Below are positions 10,693-19,772 of a stretch of 50,694 nucleotides of DNA, one piece after another (position 1 is the first letter of the stretch; each line of letters begins with the position of its first letter). Under the pieces are notes generated by a model. The model made no database searches and had not been told where the DNA came from. It saw only the letters and a list, made by a program, of their open reading frames with translations. Position numbers and translations under genes: made by a program. This stretch comes from an uncultured Bifidobacteriaceae bacterium. GTDB lineage: Bacteria; Actinomycetota; Actinomycetes; S36-B12. The stretch is taken from contig CAZKFI010000002.1 of assembly GCA_964551975.1 (NCBI GenBank), forward strand, positions 1 through 50,694. The letters run 5' to 3'.

Positions 10693-11603
10693 GCCAGCCA
10701 GAGCTGCGCTCCGGCCTCGGCGTGTGGATTGCCGGAGCTCGACCCAGAACGCTGCCGGTTGCCATCGCGGGAGTACTCGTGGGCACTGGCGCCGCTACGG
10801 CAGTCGATGCTCTGCAACCGGTGCACGCGCTGCTTGCGCTGATTGTCGCACTGGCACTGCAGGTCGGCGTGAACTACGCCAACGACTACAGCGACGGTAT
10901 TCGGGGTACGGACAACAATCGAGTTGGTCCGGTGCGACTCGTTGGACAGGGGCTGGCAACGCCAGCGGCCGTCCGACGGGCAGCGCTGCTGGCATTCCTC
11001 GTGGCAGCAGCTGCCGGCCTGCTGCTGGTCGCACTCACCGGCCGCTGGTGGCTCCTCATTGTGGGTGCACTCTGCTTGCTGGCCGGCTGGCTCTACACCG
11101 GGGGACCTCGGCCCTACGGGTACCTAGGACTGGGTGAACTCTTCGTCTTCATCTTCTTCGGCTTGGTTCCGGTCCTCGGCACCTGCTACGTACAGGCTGA
11201 CCGCATCACTGTGCCGGCCCTCCTGGGTGGCTGCGGTGTTGGCCTCCTGGCCTGTGCCGTGCTGTTGACCAACAACCTCCGAGACATTCCCGGCGACACC
11301 CTGGTGGGCAAGCGCACACTGGCCGTTCGCATCGGCGCACCGGCAACGCGCATCCTGTATGTGGTGATGGTGTTTGGCGCAGCTTTGACCATTCCTGCCA
11401 TTGCCGCGGTGACCACCTGGTGGACTTTGATCGCATTGGCTGTGTTCATACTCGCAGTGCAACCCATGCAGGCGGTACGGACCGGAGCATCGGGTGCCGC
11501 GCTGATCCCGGCGCTGAAGTCGACTGGCCTACTCGTCCTTGCCTACGGCCTTGCCCTGACCGCGGCCCTTACCCTTACCGCGGTCCTTGGCGTCACTGGG
11601 TGA
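10689..11603 (+). CDS. menA: 1,4-dihydroxy-2-naphthoate polyprenyltransferase
   Basis: 304 aa polytopic UbiA-family protein: NDYSDGIRGTD, and a second Asp-rich region NNLRDIPGD. Confidence 0.9.
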   Translation: MSQPELRSGLGVWIAGARPRTLPVAIAGVLVGTGAATAVDALQPVHALLALIVALALQVGVNYANDYSDGIRGTDNNRVGPVRLVGQGLATPAAVRRAALLAFLVAAAAGLLLVALTGRWWLLIVGALCLLAGWLYTGGPRPYGYLGLGELFVFIFFGLVPVLGTCYVQADRITVPALLGGCGVGLLACAVLLTNNLRDIPGDTLVGKRTLAVRIGAPATRILYVVMVFGAALTIPAIAAVTTWWTLIALAVFILAVQPMQAVRTGASGAALIPALKSTGLLVLAYGLALTAALTLTAVLGVTG

Positions 11604-11993
11604 ACTAGGTGAACTGGCTCCGGGCACGGCCCGGTCTGCGATGGCCCCTTCACCACCGTTATCGCCACGATCATCGTCGTCTTCGGCCCGCGTCGCTGCA
11701 TCGATGCGCTCATTGATCCGACGAAAGAACCGCCACACACCTGCGCTCATGGCATCACGCTGACGATTGAGGAGGAGCAGGCTGATCGCGCCCGAGACCA
11801 CGATCGCCAGCGCCAGTGCCAGCAGTCCACGCATGCCGGTGAGCCACTGCAGGAGCAGCCAGACCACGAGAAATACCGCTAGACGAAGTCCCGTATAGAT
11901 GATCAGGGACCGCGCACCTGGGCGAGCGCCGGCGGGAGCGGGCTGGCGGTCGTTCCTGGTGTCTGGTCCTTCATTGGCTTGGTCGCTGGGCAC
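11529..11993 (-). CDS. Small membrane protein, DUF4229-like
   Basis: 154 aa. Two adjacent TM helices (LRLAVFLVVWLLLQW / LLALALAIVVSGAISLLLL) followed by NRQRD, then an acidic/Gly-Lys tail. The 3' end overlaps menA convergently by 75 nt. Confidence 0.55.
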   Translation of the reverse strand: MPSDQANEGPDTRNDRQPAPAGARPGARSLIIYTGLRLAVFLVVWLLLQWLTGMRGLLALALAIVVSGAISLLLLNRQRDAMSAGVWRFFRRINERIDAATRAEDDDDRGDNGGEGAIADRAVPGASSPSSPSDAKDRGKGKGRGQGKAVGKDE

Positions 11994-12041
11994 CCTCCCA
12001 CGCTACGGGGTGACCGATATCGAGTTCAGCGTTAGTGTGGA

Positions 12042-12371
12042 GTGGTGCTCAGGGTTATCGGCATCCTGCTCGTTCTTGCGCTGTACATCTCGTTCATCGT
12101 GGACGTTCTGCGCACACCGGGCTCGCTGGTGCGGGCCCTGCCCAAGGCCCTGTGGTTGCTGATCGTGATCTTGATCCCACTCATCGGGGGCATCCTGTGG
12201 TTCCTGGCCGGACGCCCCAGGCAGACCGGCGGTGGGCTCTTTCGGCGACGGGGGCCGGTGGCACCGGATGATGATCCGAGCTTCTTGAAGGCTCTTGATG
12301 AAGAGGCCTGGCGTCGGCGGATGCAGCAGCGACGGGGTCAGCAGCGCCCTGACCCGAACCCGAACGGTTGA
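12042..12371 (+). CDS. PLD-nuclease N-terminal-domain (PLDc_N) small membrane protein
   Basis: 109 aa. Two TM helices with the WLLIVILIPLIGGILWFLAGRP signature. GTG start. Confidence 0.6.
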   Translation: MVLRVIGILLVLALYISFIVDVLRTPGSLVRALPKALWLLIVILIPLIGGILWFLAGRPRQTGGGLFRRRGPVAPDDDPSFLKALDEEAWRRRMQQRRGQQRPDPNPNG

Positions 12372-12375
12372 GTCC

Positions 12376-13260
12376 TCAAACTCCTGCGTAGGAATGCAGG
12401 CTGTTGACGAAGATATTGACCCCGAAGTAGTTGATCAGGAAGGCCAACCAACCGGCCAGGGCGAGCCAGGAGGCTCGATTCCCCCGCCAGCCCACCGTGG
12501 ACCGGGCGTGCAGGTAGGCCGCGTAGATCACCCAGGTGATGAAGGCCCAGGTCTCCTTCGGGTCCCACCCCCAGTAGCGTCCCCAGGCCTGCTCTGCCCA
12601 GATGGCTCCGGCCACCACGGCGAAGGTCCACAGCGGAAAGGAAAAGGCCAACACTCGGTAGGTCAATGTTCGCAGGCGCTCAGTATCCGGTACCCGCTCG
12701 CACCAGTGCGGCAGTTGCGCACCGGCCGCGACGCGACGATCCACTCGTGCACGTGCCAAGGAAAGCCCGGCCGTTGCCGCCGCAAGGGTGAAAGCGCCCG
12801 CGCAGATGATCGCGGCAAGGACATGGATGACCAACCAGGTCGACTTCAGCGCCGGCACTAACTGTGCTGCCTCGGTGTACAACACAGTGACGGCCATACC
12901 CAGGGTGAGCAATGTTGGGATCACCACGAACAGACCGAGCCAGCGCAGGTCACGGCGAAGTGAAACGCCGAGAAACACCAGCAGGATCGCCAATGCCGCG
13001 GTGATGGAGAACTCGTACATGTTGCCCCAGGGCACCCGGCCTGCCCACAAACCTCGCAGAATGACCCCGCCGAGCAGTACAACCATGGCAAGCCAGGTCA
13101 ACGCCATCCCGATATTCGCCGCGCGCCGCTGCCCCGTGGCCTCGGTGGCTCGTCGTGCGGCGAAGTCGATACTGAAGGCGATCATTGCCCCCAGCAGTGC
13201 CACCATCGACGAATAGACCAACACATTGCTGGCCTCGGCAAGTTCCTGCGCTGACATCAC
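12376..13260 (-). CDS. ccsA: Cytochrome c biogenesis protein CcsA/ResC (System II haem handling)
   Basis: 294 aa polytopic protein with Trp-rich WWD motif WGRYWGWDPKETWAFITW. Confidence 0.9.
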   Translation of the reverse strand: MMSAQELAEASNVLVYSSMVALLGAMIAFSIDFAARRATEATGQRRAANIGMALTWLAMVVLLGGVILRGLWAGRVPWGNMYEFSITAALAILLVFLGVSLRRDLRWLGLFVVIPTLLTLGMAVTVLYTEAAQLVPALKSTWLVIHVLAAIICAGAFTLAAATAGLSLARARVDRRVAAGAQLPHWCERVPDTERLRTLTYRVLAFSFPLWTFAVVAGAIWAEQAWGRYWGWDPKETWAFITWVIYAAYLHARSTVGWRGNRASWLALAGWLAFLINYFGVNIFVNSLHSYAGV

Positions 13261-14852
13261 GTCCCCATCCTGCTGGATATCGCTCCAGCTGCATCCTGGG
13301 ATCCGGTTACCGCGTGGAGCACCGCCTGCACATCATCAGCCAGGTTGGTGGACTCGCTGCGGGCTAGTCCAGCGATCTCCACTACTGGTTGATCGACGGG
13401 TCCACTGACAGCCACGAACACGCGTCTGCGTCGAATGAGCAACGTTCCGATCAATCCGACCATTGCCAGCAGTGCGCAGATCAGGGCCACGGGGCCTCCC
13501 GGGTCAGAGGCCAACTGGAAGGAGGCCCACCGCTGCCAGCCGATGAAGGTGATCGCTCCCGCGCTACCGGGTAGGACCCAGGTCTCACCCGGACGTAGGG
13601 ATTCCAGACCGATCTGCTGCATATCCGCGGTCTTTAATGTGTACACACTCTGTGGCATGCCATCGTCGAGGCCGAGATCACCTGTCCACGCCGAGAGGAA
13701 CACCGCCGGATCATCGGGTGCGGGAAAGGTCGAGTGCGGTCCGCGGATCTCATCCACAGCTGCAGTCGGCAAGAACAGTCCCTGGATACCCAACTGCGGA
13801 TTTGCATCAGGAAGCTTGATGACACCGGTTGAGGTGAAGTTCCCATCCTGTGGAAGGAAGACCACGGCATCCTCGAATACCACCTGACCGGTTCGGTCCG
13901 CGATACGAAATGTCGGGGCGTAGCCGTGGCCCACAAGGTAGACGCGAGCACCGGGCACACTCAAGGGCGCATTGACCTCCACCAAGCGCTCAGCCTCTGG
14001 CTCCTGCAGGCCGTCGGAATACGACAGCCGCGCCTCGAACAGCCGTGGTGCACCGCGTTGCGCCTCGCTTCGCTCGAACTCCACGGCGAAGTCCTGCAGG
14101 GTGAACGAGAAGGGTTGCAGCGCGCTTGCGTCAACGAGTCGACCACCACCCCAGGCGTCGAACTGCGTCAACGTGTTAGAGAACCCTTGACCCTCGCGCA
14201 CGATCACATTTCCTCGCCAGCCGAACAGTCCGCCGACGGCGACGCCAATCAGGATGCCGACCAAGGCAACGTGAAAGAGCAGATTGCTCACTTCACGCAG
14301 GTTGCCCTTCTGGGCAGAGATCCACCGCACCTGAATACCGGCGCCCTGGTCGCGGACTCCTTCGGTCACACTCCATCGACCACGACGGAAGTAGTGCAGC
14401 GCTCGGTCATAGGCCAGGTCACCATCAACCTGCGGATGAGCGGCGGTGAACTCCGGAAGGCGGCTGAGGTTACGTGGGGCCGGCGGTGGAGGCTTGCGCA
14501 GACTGATCACCAAATCACGGATCCGAGGAATGACGCAGCCCACGAGCGAGATGAACAGCAGGAGGTACACCGCAGCAAACCAGGCTGATGCATAGACATC
14601 GAAGAAGCCCAGTCGGTCCAGGATTGGCCCCCAGGTCGGGGAATCGGCGATCCACTCTTCAACGAGGATGGGGTTGGTTCCGCGCTGCGGGAGGATCGAA
14701 CCAGGGACGCTGACGACCGCTAGGCACAGCAGGAGGATCAGGGCGATCCGCATGCTGGTCAGTTGACGCCAGGCCCAGCGCAGGAAGCCCACCGTCCCCA
14801 AAGGTGGCAGGGAGCTGGCCTGCTGAATTCCTTGGTCGGTCTGCACCATCAC
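13257..14852 (-). CDS. resB: Cytochrome c biogenesis protein ResB/Ccs1
   Basis: 531 aa. N-terminal TM helices, a large extracytoplasmic domain and a C-terminal TM. 4-nt overlaps with both ccdA and ccsA; position matches resABC-type clusters. Confidence 0.85.
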   Translation of the reverse strand: MMVQTDQGIQQASSLPPLGTVGFLRWAWRQLTSMRIALILLLCLAVVSVPGSILPQRGTNPILVEEWIADSPTWGPILDRLGFFDVYASAWFAAVYLLLFISLVGCVIPRIRDLVISLRKPPPPAPRNLSRLPEFTAAHPQVDGDLAYDRALHYFRRGRWSVTEGVRDQGAGIQVRWISAQKGNLREVSNLLFHVALVGILIGVAVGGLFGWRGNVIVREGQGFSNTLTQFDAWGGGRLVDASALQPFSFTLQDFAVEFERSEAQRGAPRLFEARLSYSDGLQEPEAERLVEVNAPLSVPGARVYLVGHGYAPTFRIADRTGQVVFEDAVVFLPQDGNFTSTGVIKLPDANPQLGIQGLFLPTAAVDEIRGPHSTFPAPDDPAVFLSAWTGDLGLDDGMPQSVYTLKTADMQQIGLESLRPGETWVLPGSAGAITFIGWQRWASFQLASDPGGPVALICALLAMVGLIGTLLIRRRRVFVAVSGPVDQPVVEIAGLARSESTNLADDVQAVLHAVTGSQDAAGAISSRMGT

Positions 14853-15607
14853 AGCACCGTGGTGAATTCAGGCATGACACCACGCAACCACACTGTGACC
14901 TGATCCCACCACCCGAGGATGAGTGCGATCCCGATGCCGATCAGCAGGAGACCGCCGACACGCATGATGAGGGTCGAGTGTTGGCGCAGCACGGGAAGCA
15001 CCCCGGCGAGATGCTGAAAGCCGATGGCTAGGGCGATGAATGGCAGACCGAGGCCGAGGCAGTACGCAGCCGAGAGCAGGGCGCCGCGCGCGGCGCTGCC
15101 TTCGGTGAAGGCCAGCGTCTGGACTGCAGCCAATGTCGGGCCAATGCACGGTGTCCAGCCCAAACCGAAGGCGATACCGAGCAACGGTGCCGAAACCAGG
15201 GCCAGCCCGGTTCGCGGGGTCGGTTCACGAGGACGCCATTGCCGTTGCAGAAGGGGAACAACGCCGAGGAATGCCAGCCCCATGACGATCACCAGCACCC
15301 CCGCGAGGCGGGTGATCACCTGCTGGTACTCCAGCAGCAGTGCGCCTATTCCACCGAAGAACAGGCCATAGGAGACGAAGACCGCGCTGAACCCGAGGAC
15401 GAAGAGCGTGCTGCCCAGCAGGATTCGCCAGCGCGAGCCCACGCCCGCTTCTAACTGCGCCCCGGTGAAGCCCGTGACATAGGACACATAACCAGGAGCA
15501 AGGGGCAGTACACACGGACTCAGGAACGCAACGACCCCGGCAAGCAGGGCAAGGGCTAGCGCTATCAGCATGGGGCCGGTGGCTACCTGCTCCACGACAG
15601 CACCCAT
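14849..15607 (-). CDS. ccdA: Cytochrome c biogenesis thiol-disulfide transporter CcdA (DsbD family)
   Basis: 252 aa, 6 TM helices. Conserved Cys motifs LSPCVLPL and WTPCIGP. Confidence 0.9.
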   Translation of the reverse strand: MGAVVEQVATGPMLIALALALLAGVVAFLSPCVLPLAPGYVSYVTGFTGAQLEAGVGSRWRILLGSTLFVLGFSAVFVSYGLFFGGIGALLLEYQQVITRLAGVLVIVMGLAFLGVVPLLQRQWRPREPTPRTGLALVSAPLLGIAFGLGWTPCIGPTLAAVQTLAFTEGSAARGALLSAAYCLGLGLPFIALAIGFQHLAGVLPVLRQHSTLIMRVGGLLLIGIGIALILGWWDQVTVWLRGVMPEFTTVL

Positions 15608-16188
15608 CAGGTCTCCTCGGCAAGGAGGGAGGTGATGAGGCCGTCCAAGGTTGCCGCCGACACTTTGCCCAGTGCCCGCGCGGCAACACGTCCCTGCTGA
15701 TCGATGAGCACGGTGGACGGAATGGCCTGCGGTGGCAGCGTCTGTGCGAATTGCAGTTGGATGCGTCCATCCGGATCAGCGATGTTCGGATAGTCGATGC
15801 CGAATCGTGTGACGAATGCCTCAGCTGTGGTCTTGGAGTCACGCGTGTTCAGGCCGATGAACTGCACCGGGGCGTCGGCATGCTCCTGCGCCGCCATCAC
15901 CAGTTCTGGAGCCTCTGCACGACACGGCGCACACCAGGACGCCCAGACATTGAGCACCACGATCTTCCCGCGTTGCTCAGCCAGACTCCAGGTGTTGCCA
16001 TCGAAGGTGCTGCCGGTGATCTGCGGCGCAGGTGCACGCATCGCAGGATCCAGCAACGTCACTGAGCCGTCCCCGGCAACAAAGCCGGTACCCGCCTGGC
16101 CCTCGGCTGAGCTGCAGCCGGTGATCAGTGCCAAAGCACAGACACACACCAGGGGGGCGATCCACCGTCGTGAACTACCGCGTAACAC
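15607..16188 (-). CDS. TlpA/ResA-like thioredoxin lipoprotein
   Basis: 193 aa. Lipobox LITGC. Thioredoxin active site [11 protein letters not shown]. Confidence 0.85.
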   Translation of the reverse strand: MLRGSSRRWIAPLVCVCALALITGCSSAEGQAGTGFVAGDGSVTLLDPAMRAPAPQITGSTFDGNTWSLAEQRGKIVVLNVWASWCAPCRAEAPELVMAAQEHADAPVQFIGLNTRDSKTTAEAFVTRFGIDYPNIADPDGRIQLQFAQTLPPQAIPSTVLIDQQGRVAARALGKVSAATLDGLITSLLAEET

Positions 16189-16203
16189 GCGATCACCGCG
16201 CCA

Positions 16204-16872
16204 CTAGGCGCCTGGAATCTTGCTGGCCTTGTCCAAGAGATCCTTGGCAGGCTCGGTGTAGGTGATGGCGATGAGGCGATCGCCTTCAAAGGTCAACGAA
16301 GTGAGTGAAGCCAGCGTGCATTGACGACTGCGCGGGTCATGCCAGAGTCGACGGCGCTCCGCGGAAAGCCGTGCGATCCAGATTGGGAGTTGATGGCTCA
16401 CCATGACCGCCTCACGGCCGCGCACCTGGTTACGGGCTGCCTTGATTGCCGTGACCATCCGCGCGGCGACCTGGGTGTAGGGCTCACCCCAGGACGGTAG
16501 GAACGGATTCCACAGATGCCGCCAGGTCCTTGGCTGACGCAGCACACCGTCTCCCACGCTGACTCGCTGACCTTCGAAGATGTTCTCCGCTTCGATGATG
16601 AGTGGTTCACCCTGGATCGGCAAGTTGTGCTTGGCGGCGATCGGCTGGGCCGTCTGCTGTGCGCGTTCCAGCGGTGAGGCGATCACTGCTGCGAGATCTG
16701 CACCGGCCAGTGCCTGTGCTGCTCGCTCCGCCATCTGCTCACCGAGTGCAGAGAGGTGGTACCCGGGCAGCCGACCGTAGAGGACACCCTGTGGGTTCTC
16801 GACCTCGCCGTGCCGGAGAAGGTGAACGACGGTACGCGGCTGCGCCGATGTTTCCTGCGTGCTGGAACCCAT
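16204..16872 (-). CDS. Histidine phosphatase family protein (phosphoglycerate mutase-like)
   Basis: 222 aa. LLRHGE catalytic motif near the N-terminus, later VSHQLPI. Confidence 0.85.
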   Translation of the reverse strand: MGSSTQETSAQPRTVVHLLRHGEVENPQGVLYGRLPGYHLSALGEQMAERAAQALAGADLAAVIASPLERAQQTAQPIAAKHNLPIQGEPLIIEAENIFEGQRVSVGDGVLRQPRTWRHLWNPFLPSWGEPYTQVAARMVTAIKAARNQVRGREAVMVSHQLPIWIARLSAERRRLWHDPRSRQCTLASLTSLTFEGDRLIAITYTEPAKDLLDKASKIPGA

Positions 16873-16887
16873 ATCGATCAGGTTACG

Positions 16888-18528
16888 TCACTTGCGGCGG
16901 GGCGGAACGCGGCGCCGACTCGGTCGCCAACTCTCCTCGCCCGCCTCGAGGGAGGCATGTCGAAGTTCCTCGCCGTACTCGGCAAGTGCCTCCACGAGCC
17001 CCTGTGGGGTGGTGACGGTCGCTAGGACGTCGACTCGCAGACCGTGCTCCTCGGCGGTACGTGCCGTCTGCGGTCCGATGCAGGCCACGATCGTGGAGTG
17101 ATGCGGCTTGCCGGCGATTCCTACGAGGTTGCGCACCGTACTGCTGGAGGTGAAGACCACTGCATCGAAGCCGCCGGTCTTGATGGCTTCGCGCACCTCG
17201 GCATGCGGTGGTGCGGCCCGCACGGTTCGGTAGGCCGTGATGTCCTCAACCTCCCAGCCGAGCTCGGCGAGGCCCGCAGCCAGACTGTCCGTTGCGATGT
17301 CAGCTCGCGGCAGAAACACACGATTGATCGGATCGGTGAGCTCGTCGTACGGCGGCCACTCCGCAAGCAGACCTGCGGTTGATTGATCCTGCGCTGGCAC
17401 CAGATCCGGACGGACGCCGAACTCCAGCAGGGCCGCAATGGTTGGCTCACCCACGGCAGCCACCTTCAAACCGGCGAATGAACGAGCATCGAGGCCGTAC
17501 TGTGCCAACTTCTCACGAATGGCGCGAACGGCGTTGACCGAGGTGAATGCGATCCACTCATAGCGTCCACCAACCAGGCCGTGCAGGGCGCGATCCATCT
17601 GCTGCGGGGTGCGCGGCGGCTCAACCGAAATCGTCGGTACCTCAAGCGGAACTGCGCCATGGAGGCGCAGCAGCGGCAGCAGCGGTCCACCAGATTCCTG
17701 CGTGCGCGGGATAAGGATGCGCCAGCCGAACAGCGACTTAACCTCGAACCAGTCCAGGCGTTCACGCTGTCCAACCACGTCTCCGACGACCATGATGCCC
17801 GGGCCTGCGGTGCGTGTGGACTTGGCCAGCAGGCCGATCTCCTCGAGCACACCGGTTACCGTTCGCTGGTCCACCGTCGTACCGCGGCGCGTGACGGCAA
17901 CCTGGGTTCCCGGATCAGCTCCGGCCTTCAACAACCGACCCGCGATGTCAGCCGAGCGATCTGCGCCATTGAGGAAAACGATGGTCATCCGACTGTGTAC
18001 GAGTTCTGCCCAGGGCAATTCGGGATCATGGGCATCGACCACGCGGAATGAGCGGACGCGTCCACCAACCAAGCCGAAACCTGCGTACGCCGGCACCGCG
18101 GTCACTTCGCTGACACCCGGTGCGATCTCGAACATAACCTTCGCGCGCTTGAGGGCGGCAGCTTCATGAACGATCGAGCCGTCGACTACTGGATCTCCGC
18201 CGAGCAGGCGCACCGTCCGCAGGCCCTCACGCGCGGCCTCGATCACCAGTCGGGCACATTCGGCATGCTCGAGGGCATTGCCGTCACCGTCTACCGCCTG
18301 GGCAACCCGGGTGTTCTCACCCGCGTAGAGCTCCGCAACGGGAACCACCCAGGAGTCGGCCAGAATGAAGTCGGCCTCCTTGAGCAGGGTCACGGCTCGC
18401 ACCGTGAGCAGATCCGGGTCTCCTGGACCCGCTGAGACGATGGCCACCGGGGCTGCGGTGTTCTTGCGACGCGCCTTGGTGCTCGTCGGTGCACTGGGAG
18501 AAGTCGCTCCCGCCACCTTCGTTGTCAC
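16888..18528 (-). CDS. hemD: Bifunctional uroporphyrinogen-III C-methyltransferase / uroporphyrinogen-III synthase
   Basis: The N-terminal half has SUMT motifs (VSAGPGDPDLLTVRA, GGDPVV). The C-terminal half is HemD-like (two alpha/beta lobes). Preferred start is GTG 18528, preceded by AGGAGG; the alternative ATG 18591 would overlap the rex stop by 8 nt. The rest of the track ORF up to 18735 is rejected. Confidence 0.85.
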   Translation of the reverse strand: MTTKVAGATSPSAPTSTKARRKNTAAPVAIVSAGPGDPDLLTVRAVTLLKEADFILADSWVVPVAELYAGENTRVAQAVDGDGNALEHAECARLVIEAAREGLRTVRLLGGDPVVDGSIVHEAAALKRAKVMFEIAPGVSEVTAVPAYAGFGLVGGRVRSFRVVDAHDPELPWAELVHSRMTIVFLNGADRSADIAGRLLKAGADPGTQVAVTRRGTTVDQRTVTGVLEEIGLLAKSTRTAGPGIMVVGDVVGQRERLDWFEVKSLFGWRILIPRTQESGGPLLPLLRLHGAVPLEVPTISVEPPRTPQQMDRALHGLVGGRYEWIAFTSVNAVRAIREKLAQYGLDARSFAGLKVAAVGEPTIAALLEFGVRPDLVPAQDQSTAGLLAEWPPYDELTDPINRVFLPRADIATDSLAAGLAELGWEVEDITAYRTVRAAPPHAEVREAIKTGGFDAVVFTSSSTVRNLVGIAGKPHHSTIVACIGPQTARTAEEHGLRVDVLATVTTPQGLVEALAEYGEELRHASLEAGEESWRPSRRRVPPRRK

Positions 18529-18583
18529 ACTGCCTCCTGCAGTTTCCTGATGGATAAGTCCGCCTTCACTTGCTCCCCGGTCG

Positions 18584-19348
18584 TCACGCATGGACCACCC
18601 GCATGCCTTCGGCTGCGACGGGATCGCCGACCACGGCTTCCTCAGCCCGGCGTTGTTCATGGAATGCCAGGATCTGCAGTTCGACTGCGAGATCCACCTT
18701 GCGGATTTCCACGCTTGGGGGCACCGACAGCACACTCGGCGCGAAGTTGAGAATGCTGCGAATACCCGATGTCACCAGGCCGTCACAGACCACCTGCGCT
18801 GACTCGGCCGGAGTTGCAATGACGCCTATCCGCGCACCGCTGAGCCGCACTACCTCAGGGAGCGCATCAACTGTCTGCACCGTCATGGTCGTATCACCGG
18901 TGACCACCCGCTCCCCGATTACCCGGGGATCGGAGTCGAAGATGCCCACCAGCTGGAACCCGCGCAGGCTGAAGGCCCGATAGGAGGCGAGGGCACGACC
19001 GAGATTGCCGAAGCCGACCAGGACCACGCCGTATGGCACTGACATGCCCAACTCACGGCTGATGTGAAATGCCAGTGAGGCCACGTGGTAGCCGACGCCT
19101 CTGGTGCCGTAGGAGCCGAGATAGGAGAGGTCCTTGCGCAGCATGGCGGCGCTGACCCCGCAGGAACGCGCCAGATCATCCGAACAGACCGTGTGCACAC
19201 CCTTGGCATCGAGGGTGCCCAGAACACGGTGATACACAGGGAGCCGCGCGATGGTCGCCGGCGGGATCTCACGACCCTCGATGGACGGGGCCTGATTCAG
19301 GGCGCGCGGCCGTGCCATCGGGCCTAGGGACCGGCGGGACAGCGGCAT
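18584..19348 (-). CDS. rex: Redox-sensing transcriptional repressor Rex
   Basis: ARLPVYHRVL winged-helix region, LGSYGTRGVGY, and Rossmann motif VGFGNLGRAL. The ATG at 19348 has GGAG 7 nt upstream; alternative ATG at 19318. Confidence 0.9.
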   Translation of the reverse strand: MPLSRRSLGPMARPRALNQAPSIEGREIPPATIARLPVYHRVLGTLDAKGVHTVCSDDLARSCGVSAAMLRKDLSYLGSYGTRGVGYHVASLAFHISRELGMSVPYGVVLVGFGNLGRALASYRAFSLRGFQLVGIFDSDPRVIGERVVTGDTTMTVQTVDALPEVVRLSGARIGVIATPAESAQVVCDGLVTSGIRSILNFAPSVLSVPPSVEIRKVDLAVELQILAFHEQRRAEEAVVGDPVAAEGMRVVHA

Positions 19349-19496
19349 GCGAACTCCGTGATGATCGTCAATCGCTGCGCAGGTCGGCCTGTGTCTGACG
19401 TGGTGGCAGTGACCCACGAGAACGGCGTGCGCTGCGGTGAGCGTGCAGCGCCAAGGTTAGGCAAACCCGGGCACTGGCACAAAGTTGAGCGGTCGC

Positions 19497-19772
19497 CTAC
19501 GTCCGATTATCGGTACTTAGGGCGGCGCGGAGCGCGGATTCCTCAACCCAGTAGTGGCTCAGCTCCCGACCGTCAACCAAGACGACGGGTATGCGATCCC
19601 GGTGTGCACGGAGCAGCTCGGGGTCGTCCAGGATCGACACCTCCTGCCAGGCCACGCCCAGTTCTGCGCTCACCTGCTCCACCACGAGCCGAGCCTCGAC
19701 GCATAGGTGGCAGCCTGGTTTGCCAAGCAGGGTGATCCGCGGTTCAGCCGTCGGCGTCATCAGGGCTCTCAC
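19497..19772 (-). CDS. Glutaredoxin-like small protein (DUF836 type)
   Basis: 91 aa. GKPGCHLC active-site-like motif, then IPVVLVDGRE. Overlaps the 3' end of the acyl-CoA synthetase gene by 29 nt (17 nt if it starts at the second Met). Confidence 0.75.
   Translation of the reverse strand: MRALMTPTAEPRITLLGKPGCHLCVEARLVVEQVSAELGVAWQEVSILDDPELLRAHRDRIPVVLVDGRELSHYWVEESALRAALSTDNRT

Noticed and set aside
18529-18735. N-terminal extension of the cobA/hemD ORF; similar extensions for rex to 19417, acyltransferase to 23634, DUF885 to 45865, lipoprotein to 47217, mutY from 35784, and clpC1 to 39838
   Set aside because: The extensions overlap the upstream gene by tens to hundreds of nt and encode Cys/Arg/Trp-rich junk. 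In each case an internal start fits better, because it has an SD-like sequence, couples to the upstream stop, or matches the known N-terminus.
19349-19496. Search for a Rex operator or other palindrome upstream of rex (for example TGATGATCGTCA and GGCACAA)
   Set aside because: No match better than about 5 of 7 in a single half-site, so I am not reporting autoregulation.
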